A stretch of DNA of 64,000 nucleotides from Bacteroidales bacterium (GTDB taxonomy: Bacteria; Bacteroidota; Bacteroidia; Bacteroidales; F082). The notes under the pieces are model-generated. The model did not search any database. It saw only the letters and a list, made by a program, of their open reading frames with translations, and was not told the DNA's origin. A program made the translations under genes and the position numbers. The stretch spans positions 3,042,198 through 3,106,197 of the forward strand of contig OZ223471.1 in assembly GCA_965140775.1 (NCBI GenBank). Reading direction: 5' to 3'. Every line of letters begins with the position of its first letter. The first letter of the stretch is position 1. Below, piece by piece: positions 17,842-26,751 of the stretch.

Positions 17842-19411
17842 CTAATTCATTTTTTAAAGCGATGGCGCCGGTTGGACAAGCGTTGGCACATCGGAGGGCA
17901 GTTTGGTCGAGCAAATCGGACATCGACTTATTGAGGGGCATGCCCATTTCTACCTCGAATCCACGATGAACGGAAGTGAATCCCAGCCGATCCTGCTCTT
18001 TTTCCGATATTTGAACACAGATATTGCACTTTATGCATTTTTCAGGTTCGTAAATGATCAGGTGATGCTGTTCGAATTTTCGTACTGGCTCCCGTTCCCC
18101 ATAAGAGAACATCCTCCTATCCACCCGGTATTCATCGGAATAGTTCCTAAGCTTACAGGTATGCGGCTTTCGGCAATCGCAATGCAAACACCTGCTTGCT
18201 TCAATCCGGGCTTGCTCAATGGTGAGCGATCCTTTGGTTTGAACACGGGGTGACCAACCACTTTCGGTCACAATTTCTTTTTGGTATTCAGCTACTTCCT
18301 CCTCGAAAAGTTTTCCAAATTTTGAGTTAAACTTGCGGTGAATTTTTCCCGGAGGCGATCCTTGAAGGTAGAGATCGACGGAATGTGCCGCGGCTTTTCC
18401 CTGTGCCACGGAAGTTACAGCCATTCGGCGTGAACGGATGATATTCCCACAGGCAAAAACGCCCTGCTCATCTACCTGCATGGTATCGCGGTTGACCGTC
18501 AATCCCTGTGAATCGTGGGGTAATCCAAAAGAGGACAATGGAGCCTCCTGAAAATCGCCTGTAGCCAGCACCACCGCATCAAAATTCTTTTTCAATTCAT
18601 TTTCAAAGAGTTCCCTGTTAATGTCGTAATTCATAATGAATGTGGCGCCCAAGGTTTTCAACAGATCAATTTCCGCATCCAACGCCGACCTAGGCAATTT
18701 TTCCTCCGGAATGGCATATCTCAATGCTCCACCCGCTTTCGGATGTTTGTCGTACAGCACACAACCATGACCCATGGTCAACAAAAAGTAAGCACACGAC
18801 AGACCGGCCGGACCCGTACCAACGATGGCGACCTTTTTGCCCGAAGGTGGACTTTTCTGTGGAAGATAAGCATCTGATCCGGCCAAATCTTCATCTGCTA
18901 CCAAATGTTTTAACTTACAAATGGAAACCGGCTCGTCCACCTGCCCCCGGCGGCAAGCTTTTTCGCAGGGAGCCGGACAGATATATCCCAAAATCAGGGG
19001 CAAGGCAATTTCCTCTTTCACCACTTTCAGGGCTTCGGTCAATTTTCCGTTGGAGATTAACCTGTTCATTTTGGGGATGTCCATGAACGCGGGACAGCTC
19101 GTCCGGCACGGAGCCTCGCAGTCGCCCACATGGTCGCTGAGCAGCAATTCCAGCGCTTCTTTGCGCGATTCGATGATTTCCTCGTCATGGGTGATGATTT
19201 CCAGTCCGTTTTCAGCTTTCAATGCACACGAAGGATGAATCTTTCCTGTTTTGGCATCCTTCACCACACACAACATGCACGAAGGATGGGTGGGCAATCC
19301 CTCGAGATAACACATGGTAGGAATTTGGATACCCGCCTGTCGGGCAGCTTCCAGCACGGTAGTTCCGTCCGGTACTTGCACCAGTATATTATTGATTGTC
19401 AGATCTATCAT
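17834..19411 (-). CDS. multidomain Fe-S flavoprotein: N-terminal 2Fe-2S ferredoxin domain, GltD-like FAD/NAD(P)H oxidoreductase, C-terminal Cys-rich 4Fe-4S region
   Basis: The sequence MIDLTINN..VPDGTTVLEAA...MCY resembles a NuoG/HydA N-terminal fold. The dinucleotide motif KKVAIVGTGPAGLSCAYFL is present, as are GltD-like CP.PCE.AC cluster motifs and a C-terminal CIKCNIC...CANACPTGAI. The ATG at 19411 forms an ATGA overlap with the NuoEF-like stop. Confidence 0.8.
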   Translation of the reverse strand: MIDLTINNILVQVPDGTTVLEAARQAGIQIPTMCYLEGLPTHPSCMLCVVKDAKTGKIHPSCALKAENGLEIITHDEEIIESRKEALELLLSDHVGDCEAPCRTSCPAFMDIPKMNRLISNGKLTEALKVVKEEIALPLILGYICPAPCEKACRRGQVDEPVSICKLKHLVADEDLAGSDAYLPQKSPPSGKKVAIVGTGPAGLSCAYFLLTMGHGCVLYDKHPKAGGALRYAIPEEKLPRSALDAEIDLLKTLGATFIMNYDINRELFENELKKNFDAVVLATGDFQEAPLSSFGLPHDSQGLTVNRDTMQVDEQGVFACGNIIRSRRMAVTSVAQGKAAAHSVDLYLQGSPPGKIHRKFNSKFGKLFEEEVAEYQKEIVTESGWSPRVQTKGSLTIEQARIEASRCLHCDCRKPHTCKLRNYSDEYRVDRRMFSYGEREPVRKFEQHHLIIYEPEKCIKCNICVQISEKEQDRLGFTSVHRGFEVEMGMPLNKSMSDLLDQTALRCANACPTGAIALKNELDG

Positions 19412-21741
19412 AGGATTACTACCGCGTTTACCGGACAAATCCGGCGACATATGTCACATTGAATACATTTTTCCTGATCCACCACATGCACCTGATAGGG
19501 TTGGAAGGCGATGGCATCTGTGGGACAATCGACGGCACACTTGGTACAGCCGATACAATCATCAGTGATCTGATAGTGAACCAGGGCTTTACACTTTCCT
19601 GACCTACACTTGCCTTCAATATGATCCAGGTATTCTTGCCGGAAATAGGTGAGTGTGGACAACACCGGATTGGGAGCAGTTCTGCCCAGACCGCACAGAC
19701 TTCCCTTTTGGGTGCTGTAGGCCAATTTTTCGAGGGTAAGGAGGTCTTCGGGTTTTCCATCTCCGGTACATATTTTATCGAGAATTTCAAGCATGCGGCG
19801 GGTGCCTATCCGGCAAAAGGTACACTGTCCGCACGACTGATCCTGGGTAAACGACAAAAAATACCGCGCCATGTCCACCATGCAATCGTCTTCATCCAGC
19901 ACCACCAGACCACCTGAACCCATCATGGCACCCACCGATGAAAGCGATTCAAAATCAATGGGGGTATCGGCCAAAGAAGCCGGAATACAACCTCCCGAAG
20001 GACCCCCAATTTGCACCGCCTTGAACACTTTTCCGTTGGGAATGCCGCCGCCGATTTTCTCCACAATCTCTCGGATGGTAATGCCCATGGGCACTTCGAT
20101 GAGACCGCCACGGTTGATTTTTCCTGCCAAAGCAAATACTTTGGTTCCCTTGCTATCGCCACTTCCGATGGAGGCAAAAGCGGGTGCGCCATGCCGGATG
20201 ATCCAGGAAATCAGCGAGAAAGTTTCGGTATTGTTGATGAGGGTGGGTTTACCCCACAGGCCTTGTTCGGACGGATAGGGAGGTCGCAAACGTGGGATAC
20301 CCCGGTTTCCCTCCACAGAGGCGATGAGGGCCGTTTCTTCGCCACAGATAAATGCTCCTGCCCCTTCAAAAACTGATAGCTCAAAGGAGAAATCAGTATG
20401 TAATATCTTACTGCCCAGCAAGTTGCTTTGTTCGCAGAGTTGCAATGCCTGTTTGATACGTTTTACGGCCAATGGATATTCGGCACGGATGTACAGAATT
20501 CCCCGGTTGGCACCCACGGCATAAGCGGCGATAATCATTCCTTCGATCACCCGAAAGGGGTACGACTCCAACAGCATGCGGTCCATGAAAGCCCCGGGGT
20601 CACCTTCGTCGCCATTGCAAATCACATACTTTTGGTCGGAGATTTCCTGCTGAACCAAAGACCACTTGGTACCGGTTGAGAAACCACCTCCTCCCCTTCC
20701 GCGAAGCCCGCTTTGCTTGATGATGTCAACAATTTCTTCAGGAGTTTGTTTGAGACATGTCTTGAGTGCCTCGAATCCTCCCAGACTAAGGTATTCGTTT
20801 AAATCAACGGGACTGATCATGCCACGATGCTCCGTGGCCAGATTTACCTGTCCGGCCAAAAACTCCGCCACGGGTGTATCTTGTTGGTCGCCGGCATATT
20901 TTTGGGTGAATTTGGGTACCCCATTGATTACATGATCATTAACAAAAGCATTAAGATTGGTAACGGTACGTCGCCAAAGGTTTTTCGATTTGAAATGCTT
21001 TCGGATGATGTCGTTGACTTCCCGTGCCTCAATTTTGGTATAAAAATAAGGTGTTTCGTTGGGTTTATGAATTTCCAGTAAAGGAACCTGATTGCATATT
21101 CCCACACAACCCACCTGTTTCACCTCCACGTTAGATTTGTTGGCGGCAAGAGACTGTTCCAAAGCAACTTTAACATCTGAGCTTCCGCTGGCCACACAGC
21201 AAGACCCCAGACCAATGCGGATTTCACCTTCCGACTCCTTGGTTGTTGCTGCCCGTTTACTGTCGCCAACCGTATCGCCATCCTTTGTTGTGAGAAACTC
21301 TTCCAGAATCTCTCCTACCCTACCCGGCTCCACATGTCCAAAGGTATGTTGATCTATTTGAACTGCAGGAGCAATGGTACAACACCCCAGACAGGCAACT
21401 TTTTCAACGGTAAAAAGGCCTTCAGCATCTGTATCTTCATTTTCATTCAGGTTTAAATGCCGCTTAAACGCATCGTAAACCTGCATGGCACCCTTCACAT
21501 GACAGGCCGTTCCCACGCATACCTTAATCATATGCTTTCCAACAGGTTGATGCCGGAATTGGTTGTAAAAAGTGGAAATGCCATAAATTCTTGAAAGGCT
21601 GATGTCGGTGGTTTCGGCCACACGAATCAGGGCCTCTTCCGGCAGATAATGATAAACAGCCTGAATGGCTTGCAAAATCGGGATTACCGACTCCACTGCG
21701 CGTCCATTTTCGGCGATGATCTTATCTACAACTTCCTTCAT
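19408..21741 (-). CDS. NuoE-NuoF fusion-type NAD(P)H dehydrogenase flavoprotein (HydB-like) with extra 2Fe-2S and 2x[4Fe-4S] domains
   Basis: NuoE-like cysteines (CVGTACHVKG...CLGCC). NuoF motifs GLRGRGGGGFSTGTKW, CNGDEGDPGAFMDR and SCGQCTFCR. C-terminal CIGCTKCAVDCP and CIQCDICRRICP. Confidence 0.85.
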   Translation of the reverse strand: MKEVVDKIIAENGRAVESVIPILQAIQAVYHYLPEEALIRVAETTDISLSRIYGISTFYNQFRHQPVGKHMIKVCVGTACHVKGAMQVYDAFKRHLNLNENEDTDAEGLFTVEKVACLGCCTIAPAVQIDQHTFGHVEPGRVGEILEEFLTTKDGDTVGDSKRAATTKESEGEIRIGLGSCCVASGSSDVKVALEQSLAANKSNVEVKQVGCVGICNQVPLLEIHKPNETPYFYTKIEAREVNDIIRKHFKSKNLWRRTVTNLNAFVNDHVINGVPKFTQKYAGDQQDTPVAEFLAGQVNLATEHRGMISPVDLNEYLSLGGFEALKTCLKQTPEEIVDIIKQSGLRGRGGGGFSTGTKWSLVQQEISDQKYVICNGDEGDPGAFMDRMLLESYPFRVIEGMIIAAYAVGANRGILYIRAEYPLAVKRIKQALQLCEQSNLLGSKILHTDFSFELSVFEGAGAFICGEETALIASVEGNRGIPRLRPPYPSEQGLWGKPTLINNTETFSLISWIIRHGAPAFASIGSGDSKGTKVFALAGKINRGGLIEVPMGITIREIVEKIGGGIPNGKVFKAVQIGGPSGGCIPASLADTPIDFESLSSVGAMMGSGGLVVLDEDDCMVDMARYFLSFTQDQSCGQCTFCRIGTRRMLEILDKICTGDGKPEDLLTLEKLAYSTQKGSLCGLGRTAPNPVLSTLTYFRQEYLDHIEGKCRSGKCKALVHYQITDDCIGCTKCAVDCPTDAIAFQPYQVHVVDQEKCIQCDICRRICPVNAVVIL

Positions 21742-21753
21742 TCAAATAACTCC

Positions 21754-23688
21754 CTAATTTCCAATACAAAACAAATGATCATTCCCACGAATATAGATTC
21801 GGCCATCTGCAAAAGCAGGGGTAGTCATACATTTCTCACCCAAGGGCGAATCTGCCAGCAAGTTAAACTCCCGTTCGGCACCAAAAACGTGCATGATACC
21901 GGCCATATCCATCAAATATATTTTTCCTTCTGCCAACATGGGCGATGAATAGAACCCGTTGTCGAACTCATGTTCCCATAAAATTTCTCCTGATTTGGCA
22001 TCATAGCAAACCATCACGCCATAGCTGGTAGCCATGAACAACAAACTTTCGGTGGCCACGGGACTGGGAACATCCGACAGATATTCGTCGCTTTCCCATA
22101 GAATTTCAGGAGATTCGCCCAATTGAATGGCCACCAGGCGGGCATATTCATTCACGGCATACACCACCCCATCGGCATAAGCCGCCGACGGACCCACTTC
22201 GCCAAAAATACAATTCAGTTCCCAGTTTAACTTTCCCGTCAACGGATCGAACGACGAGACCATGGGGTCGGCCACCGTAATTATTTCAGTACGATTACCG
22301 ATATTTACCACGATAGGCGAAGCCCAGGAAATTTTCACCTTGTGTTCAGTCTCCCAAACGGTTGCTCCCGTGAGTACAGAAAGCCCCATGAGTTTGGGAG
22401 CGGATTTGATATCGTATTGCAGAATCAACATATCCTGATACAATATAAGTGAGGAGGAGTGGCCGTAATGATTGCCGGTGGGACCCATATTTTTCGCCCA
22501 AAGTTGCCGGCCTTCCATGTCGAGCGCAATCAAATCACCATTGGCAAAAATGGCAAACACCCGCTGTCCGTCGGTAGTTAAGGATGGCGCCGCCTGTCCG
22601 GTATCCTCGGTAACTTTGGGCGCAGTGGGAGGAGAACCCGGTATTCCGGAAACCTGAGTTGTCCACAAAAATTCACCCGTATTTCGATCCAGACAATAGA
22701 CCTCCCGCTGAGCCGAATTGGCTCCCGACACGAAAAGCTTATCGCCCCAAATAATGGGCGAATTATAGCCATGTAAGGGGATTTTTACTTTCCACAGGAT
22801 GTTTTCTCCCGTGACACCATCCCAGTCAACAGGAATATTTTTACGATGGGAAATACCGTTTCCAAAGGGTCCGCGAAAGGAAGGATGATTGCTGAGAATT
22901 TCCTTTTCGGTGGGGAAAGCAGGGACAGTTTTGGGTTGATCAGGTATCCCGGTTGATTTGGCTTTTTCTTCTTGTTTAGGCTTTTTGGGTTGCTCTGTAA
23001 CGACTGCTTCCGTATTTTTCTCCGGATTTTTTATGGGTGCAACAACAGCAGCAGGTTCCTCAGTTTGACTTTCCGTAACAACTGAATTTTCTTCGGATAC
23101 TCCCAAGTTTTCAGGTTGAGGCGATTCTTCTTCCAAAACAGGGTTTTGAACAGGTGTGGATGCCGAATTATTTGAATTTTCGGAAGCAGAGGCCATCAGT
23201 TGATTGGCCAATGAGTCGGATAGTTGCAAATGCGTTAACAGGGCAAAGACAAAAGCAATAACTACCAGAGCTCCACCGCTGATGGCCACCCATTTTCGGG
23301 CCTTTTGTTGTTCAAAAAATGTATTTTCCTTTTCAGACATCTCCACCTCTCTGGCGGCATTTGTGTGCATCATCTGCATGGCCAGCACCAACACCACCAC
23401 ACTGATCAACAACAAATAACCACCGGTTCTGACCTGCCACTGATTGGTAAAATATGCCTTACGCGCCAGCAAATCAACGGTTCGTATTTGCTCACGCAAC
23501 TGCACATCGTCGGGGTTGGCATTCAGACGTTGCACCAGCGCATTGATCATCTCCGTTTCCACAGGATCCATGCGTTTGTATTGAGCATAATTCACAATCA
23601 ATAAGATGGATATGACGAAAGCAAAAGCTCCGGCAATTTGTGCCAAAAGTTTCCAGAAATTGCTATGCACGCTCCTATTTTGTGTCAT
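21754..23688 (-). CDS. membrane-anchored PQQ-like beta-propeller (3 TM helices, ~100-aa acidic/Pro-rich linker, propeller)
   Basis: 644 aa. The N-terminus has hydrophobic helices, followed by a low-complexity E/P/K/T/V linker, then PSFRGPFGNG and propeller blades. Confidence 0.8.
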   Translation of the reverse strand: MTQNRSVHSNFWKLLAQIAGAFAFVISILLIVNYAQYKRMDPVETEMINALVQRLNANPDDVQLREQIRTVDLLARKAYFTNQWQVRTGGYLLLISVVVLVLAMQMMHTNAAREVEMSEKENTFFEQQKARKWVAISGGALVVIAFVFALLTHLQLSDSLANQLMASASENSNNSASTPVQNPVLEEESPQPENLGVSEENSVVTESQTEEPAAVVAPIKNPEKNTEAVVTEQPKKPKQEEKAKSTGIPDQPKTVPAFPTEKEILSNHPSFRGPFGNGISHRKNIPVDWDGVTGENILWKVKIPLHGYNSPIIWGDKLFVSGANSAQREVYCLDRNTGEFLWTTQVSGIPGSPPTAPKVTEDTGQAAPSLTTDGQRVFAIFANGDLIALDMEGRQLWAKNMGPTGNHYGHSSSLILYQDMLILQYDIKSAPKLMGLSVLTGATVWETEHKVKISWASPIVVNIGNRTEIITVADPMVSSFDPLTGKLNWELNCIFGEVGPSAAYADGVVYAVNEYARLVAIQLGESPEILWESDEYLSDVPSPVATESLLFMATSYGVMVCYDAKSGEILWEHEFDNGFYSSPMLAEGKIYLMDMAGIMHVFGAEREFNLLADSPLGEKCMTTPAFADGRIYIRGNDHLFCIGN

Positions 23689-23709
23689 ATACTATTCATT
23701 TCTATATCA

Positions 23710-24981
23710 TTAGCTATCTTTTTGTACAGGACAATAATCCATACATCGGGCACAACTCAAGCAAGTTCCTTTGTTGGGCTCATAATCTTTTCTGAATTTA
23801 AAGGTGGACAATTGGGCCAACGTCAATCCAAAAACTAGTCCCAAAAAACCTCCCAGCCACATGCTGCCCACCCGAAATTTGTTCAATAGGTCATGTGATT
23901 CGGCCATCAGGGTTTCACGGCTTTTTCCGGATGCCCTGAAAGCCTCTACCTCAATGGAAACTTCTGTGTTATTTTCCGTTGAATTGCTCAACAACATGAC
24001 CTCTTGTGCCAAACGAATTTTTGGATGAACCAGGGCCAGTTTTTCATGAAATTGCGCTCCCGTCCATACCCCGAGCACAACCAAGAATGGAATGATGGCG
24101 GCCAAGGCCAAAAAGCGCCTGGATGTTACCTTGGGCGATTCTTTCAACCGGACAGATTCGGGTTGTTCGATGGCTCCGAAAGGACAGGAATTTTCGCACA
24201 AGCGACATTGAATACATTTGGAGGGCGTGATGGTGAGGTGATATTTTGAGATGCGGCTCGTGAGGTTGAGCAATACGCCATAGGGACAAAAAAACCGACA
24301 GTAGGGCCGTGCAATGAAAACGCTGGTCAGTAAAAAAATGGCACCTAAAGCAATCATGGTAAATGTGCCATCCAAGCGAAATATCCCGATAAATGGATCG
24401 TACCGACAAATGACAAAATCGGTGGCCGTAGCTGCATAAAGCACTGCCAATCCGAGATAGATAAACGGAATCAATCCCAACAAAGTTTGCAACCACGATC
24501 GCAACTGAATTGGTTTCCAAACAAATAAATCCTGTATGGCACCCAACGGACAAACTCCGGCACAAAACACCCGTCCGAAAAGAAGGGAAAACACCAACGG
24601 AAGAATAAAAAAGGCCAATACCGTAACCGGAATTTTATATCCCGGCTCGAACAATGCCAGTGCGATATTTTGTACTGATCCTACCGAACAAACACACCCT
24701 TCGCGAAAAAACCCAAAATACCCGATGGAGAACACCGACACCAACAGCACACCCACGCGGGAACGCTTTTTCAATACCAACCAGGTTACCAACGACAACG
24801 CCAGCAACAACACCAAAACATCCAAATACTCCAGATAATTGGACCGTGCAGCAGGAATCTGGGTAATTTTTTGCACATAACCCGACTCAAACTCCGGCTT
24901 GGGAAAACGTTGGGCCTGTGCTACGACTCCTTGAATCATGGCCAAAAATAACACGCCTATTTTACTTGTCAGGTTTTTCAT
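23710..24981 (-). CDS. NapH/NosR/MauN-type integral-membrane polyferredoxin
   Basis: Two CX3CP motifs lie in TM-flanking positions (FCAGVCPLG, CRFFCPYG). Ferredoxin motifs CIQCRLCENSCP and CLSCARCMDYCP are present. The start is set at ATG 24981, 4 nt after the upstream stop, because the longer track ORF would overlap the ferredoxin gene. Confidence 0.8.
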   Translation of the reverse strand: MKNLTSKIGVLFLAMIQGVVAQAQRFPKPEFESGYVQKITQIPAARSNYLEYLDVLVLLLALSLVTWLVLKKRSRVGVLLVSVFSIGYFGFFREGCVCSVGSVQNIALALFEPGYKIPVTVLAFFILPLVFSLLFGRVFCAGVCPLGAIQDLFVWKPIQLRSWLQTLLGLIPFIYLGLAVLYAATATDFVICRYDPFIGIFRLDGTFTMIALGAIFLLTSVFIARPYCRFFCPYGVLLNLTSRISKYHLTITPSKCIQCRLCENSCPFGAIEQPESVRLKESPKVTSRRFLALAAIIPFLVVLGVWTGAQFHEKLALVHPKIRLAQEVMLLSNSTENNTEVSIEVEAFRASGKSRETLMAESHDLLNKFRVGSMWLGGFLGLVFGLTLAQLSTFKFRKDYEPNKGTCLSCARCMDYCPVQKDS

Positions 24982-24985
24982 GGAG

Positions 24986-25561
24986 TTACGAATTTTTGGA
25001 TACCAACCCTTTAAAGATACTGCTTTCGCTTGCCGGCACACGACTAAATGCATCGGCCGGACAATCACGGGCGATCGCACACTCGTTGCAGTTGACACAA
25101 ATATCCTGACGCACTTGCAGTTGTAGGGAACCATTGCCAAAAGCACTGCATCCGGCCACACACTTTCCACAGCCGATGCACAAATCTTCGTCGATGGTAT
25201 ATTCATAAAAGGGGTCTTCCACAAACTTCCGTTGAATGGCAGCGGTGGGGCAAAGCTGGTTTTCGGCGGCCGTGGTGAGTTGGGAAGTGCCCGGACGGAA
25301 ATATCCGCCGCATAAATTGCAATAACCACACATATCGAAAACATGTACACATTTTACGGCAGAGGGGGTGAGAACACAATGGGTGGCACATTGACCACAT
25401 TGTACGCATTTGGCCGGATCCAACTGCCAGACCAGCTCTTCGGTTGAAGCGTTTTTGGCCAGAAAAATGCCTACCCCACCCAAAGCCACGCCTGCCGTAA
25501 TCCGGAGACTGCTGAACAGAAATTCTCTGCGGGTGGTGCTATGGTCTTTATTTTCTGACAT
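24986..25561 (-). CDS. Tat-exported poly-[4Fe-4S] ferredoxin (NapG/MauM-like)
   Basis: Twin-arginine motif TRREFLF followed by a hydrophobic region. Cys clusters CVQCGQCATHC, CGYCNLCGG, CIGCGKCVAGC and CVNCNECAIARDCP. The start is ATG 25561. Confidence 0.8.
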   Translation of the reverse strand: MSENKDHSTTRREFLFSSLRITAGVALGGVGIFLAKNASTEELVWQLDPAKCVQCGQCATHCVLTPSAVKCVHVFDMCGYCNLCGGYFRPGTSQLTTAAENQLCPTAAIQRKFVEDPFYEYTIDEDLCIGCGKCVAGCSAFGNGSLQLQVRQDICVNCNECAIARDCPADAFSRVPASESSIFKGLVSKNS

Positions 25562-25757
25562 GCAATTCGCGTTTGATGAATTCGTCGGCTTGGGGCAAAC
25601 CGCATGTTGTGAGCTTTTTGCAGTTGCGGCAAACAAAATCGAAAGTACATGTTTCACCGGTTTCCTCTTTCAGCAGCAAATAACCACTTCCCACGGCAAT
25701 TGCCCCGAAAGTCATGTTTCGCAATACTTTTTTCAAAAATGTTCTCCTGTTTACCAT
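25548..25757 (-). CDS. small Tat-signal protein with a Cx5Cx2Cx5C motif (about 69 aa)
   Basis: MVNRRTFLKKVL is a near-consensus S/T-R-R-x-F-L-K motif, followed by the hydrophobic region FGAIAVGSGYLLL and then ETCTFDFVCRNCKKLTTCGLP. The ORF overlaps the ferredoxin gene start by 14 nt. The track ORF begins 3 codons earlier at a TTG. Confidence 0.6.
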   Translation of the reverse strand: MVNRRTFLKKVLRNMTFGAIAVGSGYLLLKEETGETCTFDFVCRNCKKLTTCGLPQADEFIKRELHVRK

Positions 25758-25768
25758 AGCCCCCAAAT

Positions 25769-26740
25769 TTACAAACTATTGTGCTGAAAGACCCTAATCT
25801 TTCGCTGTTTTGGGTCGAGAACAATGATTTTTTGTTCTGAATCCACCGCCAAATCAAGACCCGTGGTTCCCTTTTCAAACTGATGGGGTGCCGCCACCAC
25901 ACAACTAAAACTGCCATCAGGGCGATGTATTTTTATTCTGACCAGCCCTTTTTCGCTGGTAACGAAGGAACCGTCCGAAAGCAGGGCAATATGTGAAGGG
26001 TTACAGCAACCACTAAATCCCTCAAGGGTCATGGAAGTTTTGGTCCAGGAAGATAACAATCTACCGGAAGGGTCGTAGGCTTCAAGTTGGTGCATACCCG
26101 AATTGACCACCCACAACTCACCATCTCTGCCCGGAGCCACGTCGAAATAGGCGCTGGGAATCACAAAGCCGGGGATGCCACGAAGGCTGTCTTTTCTTCC
26201 AATTTCATTGATGAAATCGCCATTCAGGTTGTAGTGATATACCACTTTGTTTCCGGCATCAGCCACAAAAACCGACGAATCGGAAACGGCGATGCTCGTA
26301 ATAAATACATTCTCGTTTCTGGTTTCCCAAACGGCTTTTTGAATCCCGTCTTGTGTCCAGCTTTCCAGGTGATCCAGTGCGCCCAGCAGGATATCACCGT
26401 CATCGGCAACCGCCAACGCTGTGGTTTCAACACCCGTATAAATTGTTTTTTGAACCTGACCATTTTCATTGAAAATCAAAAAGCTATCCTTACCCCCCAC
26501 GTAAATATGGTCCAGATTATCCAAAGCAAGTGCATGTGGAGCTTGTAATCCAATGGGGAAACTCATGACTTCATGGTAGCAAATCAAAGACGAATCAACC
26601 TCTTCGTAATCCGTGATATTAAACTGATACACATTTTTTTGTGGCGTATCAAAACCACCGAAAAAGTCGTAAGCCATCAAGGCAACAATGATCAGGATAA
26701 CGACAACCGCAAGTAAAACGATCCATTTATTTTGTTTCAT
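25769..26740 (-). CDS. NHL-repeat six-bladed beta-propeller protein with N-terminal membrane anchor
   Basis: 323 aa. The anchor is WIVLLAVVVILIIVALMAY. NHL-like blade repeats are visible (D..G.I.V.D..N..V..F). A vicinal Cys pair occurs in GCCNPSHIAL. Confidence 0.7.
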   Translation of the reverse strand: MKQNKWIVLLAVVVILIIVALMAYDFFGGFDTPQKNVYQFNITDYEEVDSSLICYHEVMSFPIGLQAPHALALDNLDHIYVGGKDSFLIFNENGQVQKTIYTGVETTALAVADDGDILLGALDHLESWTQDGIQKAVWETRNENVFITSIAVSDSSVFVADAGNKVVYHYNLNGDFINEIGRKDSLRGIPGFVIPSAYFDVAPGRDGELWVVNSGMHQLEAYDPSGRLLSSWTKTSMTLEGFSGCCNPSHIALLSDGSFVTSEKGLVRIKIHRPDGSFSCVVAAPHQFEKGTTGLDLAVDSEQKIIVLDPKQRKIRVFQHNSL

Positions 26741-26751
26741 GGTCTTAAATT

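Noticed and set aside
24982-25350. The N-terminal 123 codons of the 546-aa track ORF 23710-25350.
   Set aside because: - This extension overlaps the Tat-ferredoxin gene in another frame and has no membrane-protein character.
- ATG 24981, 4 nt after the ferredoxin stop, gives a product beginning with a hydrophobic leader (MKNLTSKIGVLFLAMIQG).
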